From Klebsormidium nitens (lineage: Eukaryota; Plantae; Klebsormidiophyceae): a stretch of 64,000 bases of DNA. The translations under genes and the position numbers were made by a program. The notes beneath the pieces are model-generated. The model was not told the origin of the DNA and made no database searches. It worked only from the letters and a program-made list of their open reading frames with translations. The stretch covers positions 1 through 64,000 of the forward strand of contig DF237225.1 of assembly GCA_000708835.1 (NCBI GenBank), given 5' to 3'. This document shows, piece after piece, positions 11,801-28,904 of the stretch (position 1 is its first letter; each line of letters opens with the position of its first letter).

Positions 11801-12899
11801 TGTTGCCGCAGCATCCTTCAGCTCCGGTTTCGATCTGCACAAACGAGCGGAGGCCTGACTCCTGAGACATCGCTGATGATAACGTAAAAGTTGGTGCACT
11901 TGAGAAGCTTTTGATGAACCTTGAAACATGGGCTGGAAAAGCTCGCTGAAAGGTCCTTGGAAGTCTGCACCGTCTGCCGTTCTTTGGTAAGCGGACAATC
12001 AAGTATTTTGGTTAAAGACTCATTCAGACTTAAACTTCACTGTGCTCTGATGGAGCGTTGTCGGCGTCTCCAAATCTAGCCAAGTGACTTCATCATTTGT
12101 GTGTCGTTCGTCCTGGTCCTCTGAACACTTGGGACTTCTTTCCACCTCTGAAGGACAAAGCACAACCCTCACTCTCGGCCTTTAATATATTGTATTCACT
12201 ACGTTTTTTTATAAAGTACTGCATCCGTACAGGTTTATCGGCCTTCAGCGGAAAACAAGGGAAGTGCTGGTAGCTGTGCATCAGATGCTTCAGACATATA
12301 ATAGAAAAAATGACCCTTTTCTCTGGACTTGACATCCTCCAATCTGCATTTGGTCTGTGGGAAGTTTGCGAATGTGCTCTAATCTTCCTTCCGCTAAAGA
12401 AAGTTATCAAGCAACAAAGTCTTCCTCAGATGGAAAAGCTTTTCTGGCTGGCTTTTGCGCTTCTCCCACACCTTTTACTTTCTCCATTAAGTACAACGTG
12501 TGCTTATAGCATTTCAATTAAACACTTACTTGAGCAACAAAAGAGGTTCTGAGGCTGATGTACTAGGTCTGATCTGGGAACACATTCTCATTGATCAGCT
12601 TTGAATGCCCATTGAGGACACCATAATAGGAAAAACTCAATGAGCCAGTGTTTACAGACTGGAGTACTTTTTGCACTCTCTGTGAGCTCCATCATGTTTC
12701 TGTGAGCTCCATCATGTCAGATCAAACGTCCAAGTACTCAATGTTGTCTTCATTCTCTCTACAAACCACAAGTGACGCAGCAGCATTATAAGAATGCAGC
12801 ATTATGGAATCTTTGCGTAACTCACACAAGCAAGGAAAGAAGCTTGAGCTGCGCTTCATCATATTTCACAGGGCCCTCCGTGTCAGCCCGGCTCGCCAT
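5899..12899 (-). CDS. Beta-carbonic anhydrase, plant type. Exons: 12899-12826, 11834-11733, 10649-10530, 9977-9929, 9122-8949, 8494-8403, 7536-7422, and a last exon running from inside the gap (~6082) to 5899
   Basis: Phase-consistent joins give [45 protein letters not shown]...[45 protein letters not shown]...[12 protein letters not shown]...[31 protein letters not shown]...YIGDWMAIA...CEK-...[10 protein letters not shown]. Zn ligands C(CDSR) and HxxC are present. The start Met is inferred; an upstream extension is possible. Confidence 0.92.
5981..6085. other. Assembly gap (105 N) hiding the start of the last beta-CA exon
   Basis: Run of N. The flank at 6086 reads as a polypyrimidine acceptor tract on the minus strand. 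Confidence 0.95.
6086..6530 (-). repeat. About three degenerate copies of the acceptor plus first codons of the last beta-CA exon
   Basis: Minus-strand copies of ccttccgttccggttccgcc..ag are followed by [23 protein letters not shown] and KSLLRNLLT, resembling the conserved (E)xVNxSLxNLLT beta-CA segment. Confidence 0.75.
6650..7460 (-). repeat. Tandem array (~200-bp period in the best copies) duplicating the 3' end and donor of beta-CA exon 7536-7422
   Basis: ccggtccttaccttttcgcagtagcgcagctg..tgtcgaggtccttg occurs at about 6881, 7017, 7212 and 7411 (the real junction), with weaker copies near 6655 and 6740. It encodes [12 protein letters not shown]|gtaagg. Confidence 0.9.
9210..9290 (-). repeat. 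Duplicated acceptor plus exon start ([10 protein letters not shown]) 132 nt upstream of the true acceptor at 9122
   Basis: Near-identical to 9085-9150. The supplied ORF 8883..9296 runs open through both copies. Confidence 0.85.
10700..11030 (-). repeat. Three degenerate copies of the acceptor region of beta-CA exon 10649-10530
   Basis: ggccctg(t/c)a(g/c)a.aaaaa.agggtctcgtt-type units at about 10647 (real), 10780 and 10885, with a weaker copy near 11012. Confidence 0.75.
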
Positions 12900-14068
12900 C
12901 GGATTTTTGTAGCTGGTCTCCGTTGGCTGGGTAAGGACGTCTGCCAGGAGGGACGGGGAGCGGGCACAGACAATGCTTTCAAGAGAAGCGCTCTATGCGT
13001 GTTCGATACGGTCGAGGAACTACAAAGTACAATGCACCCGCAGTACAATGCACCCGCGATGCAGCTGAATGCAGGCGTCAGGTGCTAGTAGTAGAACTGT
13101 GAAGAGCAGGTGGGAAGGCAGAATACCTTTGTCAAATGGGTACGTATCTGGCCGCATGATGCAATGCCTGGAGGATTCCATTTTCTATTGGAACCGCAGA
13201 AATACACTGGGACAAGACTCCCTGCTCTCAGAAAGTCTCATAACGAATGTAAAGTGTCAATCCTTCGCGGCGACCCTTGGGTTCACCTTGCTCAATTTGA
13301 ATCAGACGCCCCAGGGCCGCAGACGCAGCATGAGAACACTGTTCACAGTGCATAATTGCTCTGCAGGCCCCGTGCGCTCCATAAGGTGCGCGGAATGTGG
13401 ACGCCGATTTCAGACCGTGGAAGCTGACCGTGGCACATCGCACGGTCACAAGCAATTAAAGGATTGCCATCGACGGCATACAATCAATGACAATATCCGA
13501 TCGCTGTCCCAAGGGGTGGCACTCCGACAGCTTGCAAACCGGCGTTGGGGGATTGCGGGTGACGTGACGGGATCAACTTGGCAAGTTGGCAAGTTGGTAA
13601 TCAGCCAACTAGATTGAGACGACTTGGTCTTGGATACAAAAGTGGGCACTGAGATTGTCATGCGTGTTCAGTGTTTACCTCGTCGGAGTTTTTCGCATGA
13701 ATGTCAATCATCCGATATGCAACTCTCCCGACTACGGACGCTTCAGATTTCCTCCCGTAACACAGTACGCCCCCCTTCTGCATGAGCCTGGGCACCTCCA
13801 GCCTCAGGGACCAACTTGGCAAGCTTGGCAAGCTCCGAGTCCATGTCAAAGTTCAAACACTGAACAGGCTGCCGAGTGGGTAGCTGTGCATCATCTTCTG
13901 TTTCCAGTGTCCACCATCTTTCTCTTTCATCTGATTCAAGTAATTGGCATTGAAACCCTCGTCAAGGGCCTTAACTTCATTTTAGGTTCGAGGCTCCTTC
14001 ATTGTTGGAAACTACCCCTTGCACGTCTCTGCCTTTTTGAAGAGTGCCCAATATACGACCGCGCAATA

Positions 14069-17000
14069 ATGTCTCTATCAAGCAGATTGCAGAGTATGCG
14101 GGTGAGCTTTGCAGCTTCCTTTCAAGCTAGACCAACTCCGCGGTTTTAATGTGTTTGGAACTCGCAGAACTCGTTTATCACGCTTTTCCTTCTACCTAAT
14201 GCAATTCGCAAAGACGGTATGCCGCTGCTTTTGCAATGGCCTTGAAGAAGCAGTGGCTGCATTGGCATGTGAAGCTTGCTTTGAGAACGAGAACAAATCT
14301 CTCCGCTCACTGAGGATGCTGCATTCGCAAGAGCTAGACAACTCCTTGAAGAGTGGCGTCAGCAAGATGGTCATTTGTGCCTTGCATTACATCATCGATT
14401 TGGATGCAGAGAGCGAAAGAGGAAACTTAGGCAAGAAAGGGGATCAATGATGAATTTCGAAAGCGCAGCTAAATGAGAGACCCCATTGTTGGATCACCAG
14501 ATTCCATACCTCACAAATGGGGGCATCATCACCCTTTTTAATGCGGAAACTTTAGCAAAGCTCAGACCACCTTGTATGCTGGGAAAAGTGGGAACGCTGA
14601 TGCTTAATCCGCACCACCTTTTAATTTAATGCACGAATACAACCAAAGGGGAAGAAACTGACAAGACTCCCAATGGATACCACCATCAGTATCATGGGGG
14701 CAAAGTGACCAGAGTCATCCATCAGAAAATGTCGGAGGCATTGTAAATGACTCTCCTCGGACATACTGCCTCTTTCCATGCGAAGTTGCTTCCACCATCT
14801 TTTGATATGTGCACACCTCTGGTGGCAGTGGTAAGACCCCTTCTTTTCCCAAAGTCTGGTTCAAACTTCAGGCAAGGGCACTGATTGTAATGATTCCGGT
14901 CACAATTCCAGAAAGCATTACAAAAAACAGACCATTGTGCTTCTTATCATGCGCCTTCAATCTCGCCCCGTCCTTCCTTCCCCCAGTTTATGCAACGAGC
15001 AAAAGTCAAGGACGATGTCAAGAAGAAAGATGATGAGCCACCTTCTGACGATAGCCGTTGGGTTGCACCTGTGCGAGATGCGGACGGAGGAGCAGAGTGG
15101 TGAGGAAAGTTTGCTGGTGTTCTGCAGTACTTGTGTTGTCATAGAGAAACAAAGAGAACACTGAACATTTTGGGAGTTCATTCGGCAAGGAAGTGTGGAC
15201 ACTTTGGTGTCAAGTAGATGAGTAGCTTCGTATGCAATGGGTTCCAGACGGGGCCAGTCCCACTCGGGCTAGGCGTACGGTTTGCTAGTCGTGTGCAGAG
15301 GAGAATTTCACACCGTAGTGGCACAAACCATTCGCACCAAAAATAATTCGTAACGCCTTGGTGCGAAAATCTCTGGAAATTATTTTGACCTTGGTGCGAA
15401 AGTGCGAAACGAAAGAAACCCAAATGAAGCCTGAAGATCGCGTAGAAATAGGCTAAAACACTGTAATTCTGCCTCGGTGCGAAATGAAAATATCCCCCAA
15501 AACCTTGGTGCGAAAACAGAAAAGGGAAACAAATAATTTTCGTAAGAGCTTGGTGTGAATGGGTCATGCCACTACGGTACTTTTGTTTCAGAAGAGCCCT
15601 TTGCACGCTCAGAAGCAGCAGGGTTTGTGGATCTATTCAGCGCTTGTGTGTTCACAAATCTTTGGCGAAACGCATCAGGGGTCCCTTGACAGGAATTTAT
15701 GTCATGAGTGGGCGGTGAAGGAATTCCTGTTTCTGACTTTTTGCCCCATCGTTCGCCTCACAGCATGGTTCTTGTGGAAGGTGATCCAAAGCCGGGAGCG
15801 CTTTTGGGCCGTATGTCGTTCAAAAGCTACAACCCAGTGATAGAGGTATGGAGTCTCTCTCCTTTGTTGAATCTTTTGCTGTTCCTGTTGCCAACCAAGG
15901 GGCCTAGAACGGACGGAAGAAGCGATTGTTATTGAAGCTGCCAGTTTGAAGGTAACTCCGTCCATATGGTTCGTCAGCTAGTGTAAGATCGCAGCACATT
16001 AGCTTAAAAGCCTTTCTTTTGTTGTCCACGATGATTCTCAGAAGTTTTGTGGTCGACGAAGTCTCATAGAAGTTTTTCCAATGAGAATCTTTTGAAACGG
16101 GTCGCAAGCAGACGCCAGACTGTTGCTGCCACCAAAATCAAGCACAGCTCACGGAGCAGGTCGGGCCGCTCTTTCACCTTCTCGACTTCGTACTTAAGCG
16201 AACCGATCTGAAAGCAAGTTTTTGGACGGATGTTCTTTAGCTGCATGCGGTTTTGGATGCAGGTTGCTCCGATTTCTTTCATAAGCTTTCTGTTTCGTTC
16301 TCTTTCAAGCTTCGTTCTCGTCCACTCCGCCTTTCCGCTTCCTTTCATAAGCTTTCCGTTCTCGCTGAAACCTTGTTCCGTCCATTCCGCCGTGCAGAAA
16401 TTGAGCGAAGATGCGGAGGAAAGCGCGGCGCGGCGAGAGGGGAAGGGCGGCGCGGCCCAGCACAGCAAAAAGGAGGCGTCCGTTTCGGACGCCGAGATGG
16501 CCGACAAGTAAGGCGTCGTCCTTCTTTTGGCAGCTTCGACCAATGTTTCCCGGAAAGAAGACCATAAGCTTTAAGCTGTGACTGACACTAGAAGCCCTAA
16601 CTCGGAGAATTACTCCCACCGCGTCCCTATTCAACCCTCAGCTTACCCTACCCGTTTAGTGCGGTCACCTTTTTTGACCCTAGCGGTTATTGTCCTTCTC
16701 GAGATCAATCTTTGATATCTCGTGTCTTTGGAAGAGCAAAGCCGGTCGAGATCGTAGAGAGAGTATCGCCGATCCGAGAGCTCGCGCAGCCAGAGAAAAC
16801 GTGGATGATAACTCATGGAGAACTGCTTTCTGGGGATGCTTGTTGTCGAAGCGGCTGGAAGAGTTTGGCAATCCTCGGATGCGAATTGACGCAGCGTCCC
16901 AATTCGGATGGCTTCGTCTCTCTTTCATCTTGCTCAGAACGTCGTCGAAATCTGACAAGACGAAAACTCACTTTCTGACGAGTTGCAAATCGCGAAATAC

Positions 17001-17528
17001 TCCAGCATTCGTTCGCCTTCGATTTGACAGCCGAATTAGTTACAACACACTTCACAATGATCATACTTCTCTGAGAAACACATTAATCTGATACTCGCGC
17101 CGTATCTGAAGCGCACATGCACCACCTCTTTCACTCTATTCAAGATTGTGCATCGTTGGCGACGATCTCCCTGACAGGTCTGGATAACATCCGTAGCAAC
17201 AGGTCTCTTACGTAGGCCTGAACTTGCTCATCGAACGATCTCAGTTGCGTCTGTTTTTAACTAGCTTTCAATGTGCCAAGGAGTCGACAAGAGTCCTCGC
17301 ACACAGCTTTTTCACTTGGCTGGACGTGGTCATGCTCACGAATGCAACGACCATCATAAATTCTGCAGATTATCGAACAAGAAAGAGGCGCAGTCGTTGC
17401 CAGATGCTAGGAAAGGCGGAGCGAAAACGCCGCAATCCATACGGGGGGCGCGAATCAAAGAGGAGCAAAGTTCACCGCAGGCGAAGCGGCAAAAAGTGGA
17501 GGGATCAAGGAAACCTTATCGGACTTGA
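14069..17528 (+). CDS. MPP6: M-phase phosphoprotein 6 (nuclear exosome cofactor). Exons: 14069-14101, 14987-15099, 15764-15845, 16398-16507, 17369-17528
   Basis: Phase-consistent joins give MSLSSRLQSMR-FMQRAKVKDD...AEC-MVLVEGDPKPGALLGRMSFKSYNPVIE-KLSED...MADK-LSNKKE...KPYRT*. LSxxLxxMxFMQR and GRMSFxxFNP are MPP6 hallmarks. Confidence 0.85.
15313..15577. mobile_element. MITE (~265 bp) in MPP6 intron 2, possibly Tc1/mariner-derived
   Basis: Imperfect ~28-bp terminal inverted repeats: ccgtagtggcacaaaccattcgcaccaa and ttggtgtgaatgggtcatgccactacgg. Flanks are CA (left) and TA (right), consistent with a mutated TA target-site duplication. Internal ttggtgcgaaa units repeat about four times. Confidence 0.7.
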
Positions 17529-18491
17529 CCTTGTTCTGTTTCACGCAAACGCCTGTACTTGGCGCGCATACCTTCCGCATATCTGGTCGGAGATCCGGCG
17601 CTGGCTTTCCAGTCCTTACTAGTCCTAGTTAATCCATGCGCACTCACTGCATTTGACGGATGCGTCAACCTTAATGGCGGGAATGCGTGTCAATTTATGC
17701 TGTGGCCCGCTGTGCCAGCCCATGCACAGTGACAGACAAGAAGGAGTTGACCTTGCACGCCCTACGTAGGTATATAGATTTGATCAACCATCTCACATTC
17801 AATCGACTATATTGTAGTGGCGCCGCGCCGTGCTGCTTGACGGCATACTATGGTACGTATATACGCAGCCGCGCCCACTTTTAATTGCGGCTGCATAATG
17901 ATACTAGATATAAGGCAGCACGACCGCGGGCTTTTCCGGCTGAAGACGTTGTAATCCTCATGGCGACAGCTCTTGTGTCGGAAGCGGATCGAGGAATTTG
18001 CGCAGATACGTGGCCCGCGGGCACATATGCAGTTGGCGGCCGCGCTTCCGCTCGATTGCGGCATGACGATCGGCATCACTTGTCTTCACAAGTCTAATTG
18101 CGGGCTCTGCAGGTGTATTGCTGCACTGCATGTACGTCCTCATTGATAGCGCATGCCCGTCGAGCAGTTCGTAGAACCATATGTGACTAAGTTCATCGAT
18201 TGAAACACAAACATATTGGTTTCAAGTTTCCGCCCAGCCCGCCGGCAGGCCTGCAACCAATCATACATGAATTACATTTCCTTCAACCCTTCCAACCAGG
18301 TGCTGGCCTTTGGGGATATGCATGCCCACAAACCTTCATGTGGATACGCAGGCCATGATGCACGTTCCTGGCCCCAGTCGGATCTGACCGTATGCATACT
18401 CAATAACCAAGCTTGGCCGCCGCCCGCCCGCCCACTGATACGTCAACAAAGGCGCCAGCAAGCGCTTCCCTCAATCGGCTTTCAGCCCCAC

Positions 18492-21400
18492 TTACGAGCT
18501 GAAAGCGCCCTCATCAATCAGTCTTAGCAGATCTCTCCAACCACGTTTTGTCACGGGCATCAAATGCACCCCTTGCACGCCTGGTAACGACTCAATCCTT
18601 CTTAAGCACTCCCGGGTTTGCTGTAACCGGAAATCTAACTGCTGTCCCGCATGGTCCCCGGCCCTCCTTTCGTGGTCTGCCCACTTTCCGCGAACGGCCT
18701 CCGCTTCAGCGCTACCTGCGGGAACAAAACAAAAAAATTGGAATAAAATAACAGACAATCTGTGCGAAAGTTCCTATCCACATGTGATTAGCAGCTGTGC
18801 GCAGTAGGAATTGGAGCAAGAACTTCTGATCTGTATAGCAAGAAAGTCAGATCTATTGTGAGACCGAGCCGTAGACTGCTCGGAAAGGTTGGAACCCGGT
18901 ACGTCTCAGTTTGATGTTTGTTTTGGGCTTTGTGCAACTCATGGGCTGGCTCTTTCCCAAGGGCATTGCATTGGACGAGGCGAAATGCTTCCTATCTACG
19001 CCTGGGTTTGATGCAACACTGAGAACCTCAGGAAACGACGGAGACTCGAAGAGGACGGCTCTCAAGTTTCGAGTCCGTCAGCTGTGGATAAGTTCGATGT
19101 AACATTCATAACTTTGAGAGGACAAAGATTTGAAGCGGACGGCTTTGAGAGCTCACCCGTTGCGTCCGTCAACATGAGCCAGAAGTCGAGGTTCCGTAAA
19201 GATGAAAGAAACGGCAGCCCTACGATCAGACGCGTCGAGCCAACGAGGCCTCGTTTGTCGGCCTCTGACCACCTACACAAGGAGCGTGGGAGCGATCTGT
19301 CAAGCAGCCTCGTGGCGCACAGGGCCTCTTTGACCTCGCTCGCTTGGATAGATATCTTGCACACAAACGCCGCAGCTGTTCACTGATTTCAGGGCTGAAC
19401 CGTCTTGTTTTCAGGGCCGTACGAAAAGGCTGTGTTGGGAACAGTGAACACAATCTTGAGGTTTAACAATGTCAAACCCTTACACTCAGAGCTTTTCGAG
19501 GCAGGGTCTGTGCGAGACATGAGCCATTGTTCCGTACGCTGCTTATGAGCTCGAAGTGCCGCGTTGCAACCATGCGAGTGCCATGCGAACAAAGGCAACG
19601 AGCGTCGTGGACTTTTGAGATGGGGAGTTTCGTCCATTAGCACCTCGAGGTGCGAAAGAATGTGTTCAACAATTTCAATGACTTATCGAATTCAGGTACA
19701 CGAACCGTAAAGCTTTTGCAGTTCAGTGCCGAGCGGCACGAGTCGCAGTCGCTAGAGATATTGGCAAGAATCTGAGCAAGACAAGTAACGATGCAATGAC
19801 TTTCACAACACTTCGAACCGAGGGAGTTTTCGGCGACTTGAAGAAGTGCCTTTCGGCGTGCAAAGTGTTAGATAAAGTTTTTGAATGGTCTAGAAAAGTT
19901 TCAGATCAAATCACTAGTCCTCCTACAACGCCCCAACGCCGAGTTCTTACCATCTCTCAAACGAGTCTGGAAGGAGCGGCGGCTGAGTGATGATAGCTTC
20001 AGCTCTCGCGTCTAGTTTTCGCTCGAGGCTGTCGACGCTGTTCACCAGGGGGTTCTCCGTGGCCCACAGCTGCACCCCTAGAAAAGAAAGGAACTCATGA
20101 GGGGGTTCGCCGTGGCCCAATTTTAAGACGCCTAATACAGATCAACGCTTAACAAGGGGCCCTTCTTGGTCCACAGCTGCGCCCTAAAGCACGAAAAGCC
20201 GGCTTTTTCAACTCAGTGCCAGTTGCAAATTTGGGCATAGAAGCGCTCACGACTAATGAATTGCTTCTGCCTCGAAAATCATTAGAAGCTCTGGTTTTGG
20301 GTTCTCCGCTTTCTGCGCAGAAGTGTATGATTCAAAACGAAGATTGCCTCTCTGGACACTAAAATCGTTCAGTGGTCGAAGTTGTCAAAATCTCAGTGGT
20401 GTCATTCACTAAGCTCACTGCTTCTTGAGCACTTTCCAAGGTGAAGCACAAAAGGAACGAAGAAGTAGACTCAGCTTCGACCGGAGATTGGCGGTCTTTC
20501 CTTGAGCGGATTGCCAGCATCATACGCAGAAGCGGGAACTATCTGAAACCTCATTGTCGACGAGATCAACAGCCCACTTTCCAATAGTGTGAGGCATCCA
20601 CGTTGAATTTCTGATTCCTCCACGGGCTGATCTGACGAAACCCTTGATCCTCAGAATCCTTCTTTTCCTCTGGCTTTCCCTTGCAACTGCTATTTCAAAT
20701 ATCCAGTCAAGAAGAGCCAATTGCTGGACACTCAGCCAGTCCCGTTCGACCGCTCCAGCCGCTCTCAATCACAGTTCTCGCCAGTCGTCACTGCGCTGAA
20801 ACGGTCGAAAAGAAACTGGTCAATAATTACAAGAAAAGGACAGAAAGCCGCCCACCTTGTGGCNNNNNNNNNNNNNNNNNNNNNNNNNNNNNNNNNNNNN
20901 NNNNNNNNNNNNNNNNNNNNNNNNNNNNNNNNNNNNNNNNNNNNNNNNNNNNNNNNNNNNNNNNNNNNNNNNNNNNNNNNNNNNNNNNNNNNNNNNNNNN
21001 NNNNNNNNNNNNNNNNNNNNNNNNNNNNNNNNNNNNNNNNNNNNNNNNNNNNNNNNNNNNNNNNNNNNNNNNNNNNNNNNNNNNNNNNNNNNNNNNNNNN
21101 NNNNNNNNNNNNNNNNNNNNNNNNNNNNNNNNNNNNNNNNNNNNNNNNNNNNNNNNNNNNNNNNNNNNNNNNNNNNNNNNNNNNNNNNNNNNNNNNNNNN
21201 NNNNNNNNNNNNNNNNNNNNNNNNNNNNNNNNNNNNNNNNNNNNNNNNNNNNNNNNNCAAGAAAAGGACAGAAAGCCGCCCACCTTGTGGCAAGAGTCCC
21301 CGATCCTTCAGCCGATGCCCTTCCCGGAGCATCCCCACCGCGTCCATCGGGAGAAAGTTTCGGACGATCGGGAGCCGCCGAACGGGGTGCCCTCCGGACA

Positions 21401-23055
21401 CTAGTAGCAGGGCGCCGGGGCTTTGCCCAGCGTCCGAAACTTCAACCCCATCTCTAAACCCCCCGTCTCTCGCAGATCTTTGGCTGACGTCAGCAAAATG
21501 GGCCCCTGTTTTGGCGTCCAGTATTTTCGACTCTAATCTGAGGTTTACAGGGTTGGAATCGAGGCTGGCGTTCGAGATCTCGGTGGCCGTTGCTTGCATC
21601 TGACAGCTGACATGCGCGCGGGACTTGAGCTGCGCCGCGACGGTGCGCACTCGGAAGAAGCCTGCGGGAGCTTGCGCGGGCTTTTCTGCGAGCAAGGAGT
21701 CGCAAATCGTTCCGTCCAGATTGTGTTTGAACAATTGGTGTGACCACAAGGTGGACGTTGATGCTAGAGGAAAAACCTTCAAGAATTTGACTGCAGCAGA
21801 TTTCAGAATCAGAGGATGTCATTCCGTGCCCCAGCAGGATCTTTAAGCTGTGTAGAGTTACCATTTGAAGCAAGATTCGGTCAGGGAGATTCGTGGATGG
21901 AGTCAGAGGCGGCGTCTGACAAGATACCTGGCACACTCATCGTGCTGTGTCTTGCCATGTGGTGACGAAAGGTCTAGCTTCAAGCTCGTAGCACAGACCA
22001 AGAGACCAGCAGGTCCGTACGAGCAAGAAAGCTCTCCGAGCTAGTTGAAACAGCCCTTTGCCCTCTTTTTAGAGGCTCAAAAGCAGCAAAGTTTGCTGGG
22101 TCAGTCACCCGGCGCTTGACTGCCACCTTGCCGCCAGATTCGAGCTTTACCTGTTAGATCCAGGTTTTCTGCCAGCCGCTCCTGCGGCGCCGCCCCCAGC
22201 TTTGGGAGCAAATCTGCAAGGTTGGCAATGCTCGGCAGATCGGGCATCACAGTCGCGTGAAACTTGCCGGACGCCCAGATCTGATCCCAGGACGCCTGCA
22301 GAAAAGGAAGGTCAAACTTGTTAGACAAGGTTGCAAATGACGAGGCATACTGTACCTAGTCTTGTCAGTGTGCGATGGAACCATGCATGAGGTGTCACTG
22401 TGCAGGCAACGCAGTGTGAAGTGCCAATCAGATAATACATTCTGTAGAGGCAGAATTCTTGTGTTCTCCTTTGTTTGAACTGAACTTGAACGCTTCTGGG
22501 AAACTTACAAGTGGTCCGAAACTAGGACGAAAGCTCCTGAACAAGTGATAGTCAGCAAGAGCCATAACATGTATGCTGTGCAAGTTGTTGGCGGCAAAGA
22601 AGTTGTTCTGAAGTGAAGCAACTGGAGAGCTTCCACCTAGGCAGTTGTTGCAAAGGATCATGGAAGACATGTTGATTGGAAGCACAATCATTGGCTTACT
22701 CGGAGAAATTAGGACCACCACCACCACGCCGGGAAGAAACGGGGATCAGATGGGATTGAATCAAAACCGAGTGTTCTGTCCAGACAGCTGGGAGAATCTG
22801 TGGGACACAAAGCTTCATGCAATGCTGTGAAGGACACTGCAAAGAGACCGAAACAGTGGGCCAATCGCACAAAGAAATCAATCCAAACTTGAAGTTGCGG
22901 TGAGGGAGTTGTAGAATGGAGCTCGGCACCTGCTTCTGTGGCAACTCTGGAATGATTGCGTGTGCTTTTTGAGATACCTCCAGCGTCCTGATCAACTTCC
23001 CCTGCGGAAGCTTATCTGCTGCCAGACACGATCGCGCAAGCCTTGCTGCAGCCAT
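18492..23055 (-). CDS. Divergent single-domain methylenetetrahydrofolate reductase (MetF)-like protein, ~389 aa. Exons: 23055-22978, 22295-22151, 21763-21284, 20077-19951, 19272-19157, 18715-18492
   Basis: All six exon lengths are phase-compatible (78+145+480+127+116+224 = 1170 nt). MTHFR-barrel-like motifs appear in the expected order: IWASGKFHATVMP, ALLLVSGGHP, QLWATENP, RKLDARAEAIITQPP, WWSEADKRGL..RLIVGLPFLSS, GVQGVHLMP. The first exon and the acceptor at 21763 are least certain. Confidence 0.75.
20095..20200 (-). repeat. Two degenerate copies of the acceptor and exon start of MTHFR-like exon 20077-19951
   Basis: gggggttcgccgtggccca (20101) and ggtccacagctgcgccctaaag (20168) mirror gggggttctccgtggcccacagctgcacccctag at the real junction. 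Confidence 0.7.
20864..21257. other. Assembly gap (394 N) flanked on both sides by the same exon-end/donor sequence
   Basis: caagaaaaggacagaaagccgcccaccttgtggc is present at about 20830-20863 and 21258-21291. Confidence 0.9.
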
Positions 23056-23943
23056 CTAAGCTCTGCAAGACCTGAAGGTGATTGATTGTTTCAGAAGCTC
23101 TTGCGCACGCTTGTCGCATTCCACCACTATCAACTCCGCTTTCTTGTATGTTGCGTTGCAAGCCTGGCTGAACGGGCGCTGAGCTTCATGCAGCTTGCGG
23201 ACTACACCTCAATAAGAGCCCAGGAACTCCACCTTGCGCCACCACCATCTATCTCTGAAAGGCGCCACTTGCGCGGACTGAATGCCTGGAAGGTTGTAGA
23301 GATTATGTAACTGTCTTGTCTTCAAGATGCCTGATGGATGGATTGAAGGGATCCCGGGCGGCATTTTGACGCATACATCTTGAACTTAGTGCACGTACCT
23401 ATATCATAACTATACGTGACTACTGTATGTTGACACTCATTTCTTTCTGGATATAAAACGATCAAACCGAGGTGAAAAAGTGTCAAACATCGTGACGGAG
23501 ACTGGTCACGTTGGGTGCCATTTTGCATCCCTGCAACAATACGGAAAACCATGCTTCGCCTCAGCCTCAGGTGCTGCCCATCTCAGTCTGCCATTTAGTT
23601 CTGAGAATTTGAAGTTCAAGATTGTTCTGTACGCCTTTCCAGGAGACAGAAAAGGCTTAGAATTACTACGTTCTTATCTGCTCTACTTGCCGTCGGTGGC
23701 CCCTTGCAACCTGTGTTGAGTTGCTCTAGCCTGTTGAAGCTTTCTGTCTGAGTGAAAACAGCTGGCGCAGTGCACGTGGTTGTGAATTGTCCATTCACTC
23801 GAAATTGAAAGTCCCTTAAGGCACCTTCATTGATACCTTCTGCTGCAGCAGGTTCCTAAGATCCGTACACAAGCCATTGCAACTCAGGAGAGGTTCATGA
23901 TGGGACCACCTTGGCGTAGGCCGCACAAACCCCTAGAAAAGCC

Positions 23944-28904
<4,961 letters not shown>

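Noticed and set aside
13069-13617. 182-aa ORF with CAECGRRF zinc-finger-like motif
   Set aside because: No full C2H2 spacing or other support; it lies in the short region between divergent genes and is probably spurious or UTR.
20681-21603. Several long ORFs in the track spanning the N-run (also 5808-6322)
   Set aside because: They are artefacts of translating N; only the minus-strand frames matching the MTHFR-like and beta-CA exons are supported.
22428-22727. CNNC...NNFF segment resembling a CxC domain of KDZ/Zisupton transposons
   Set aside because: It lies in intron 1 of the MTHFR-like model, no transposase core follows, and the downstream sequence is explained by host exons.
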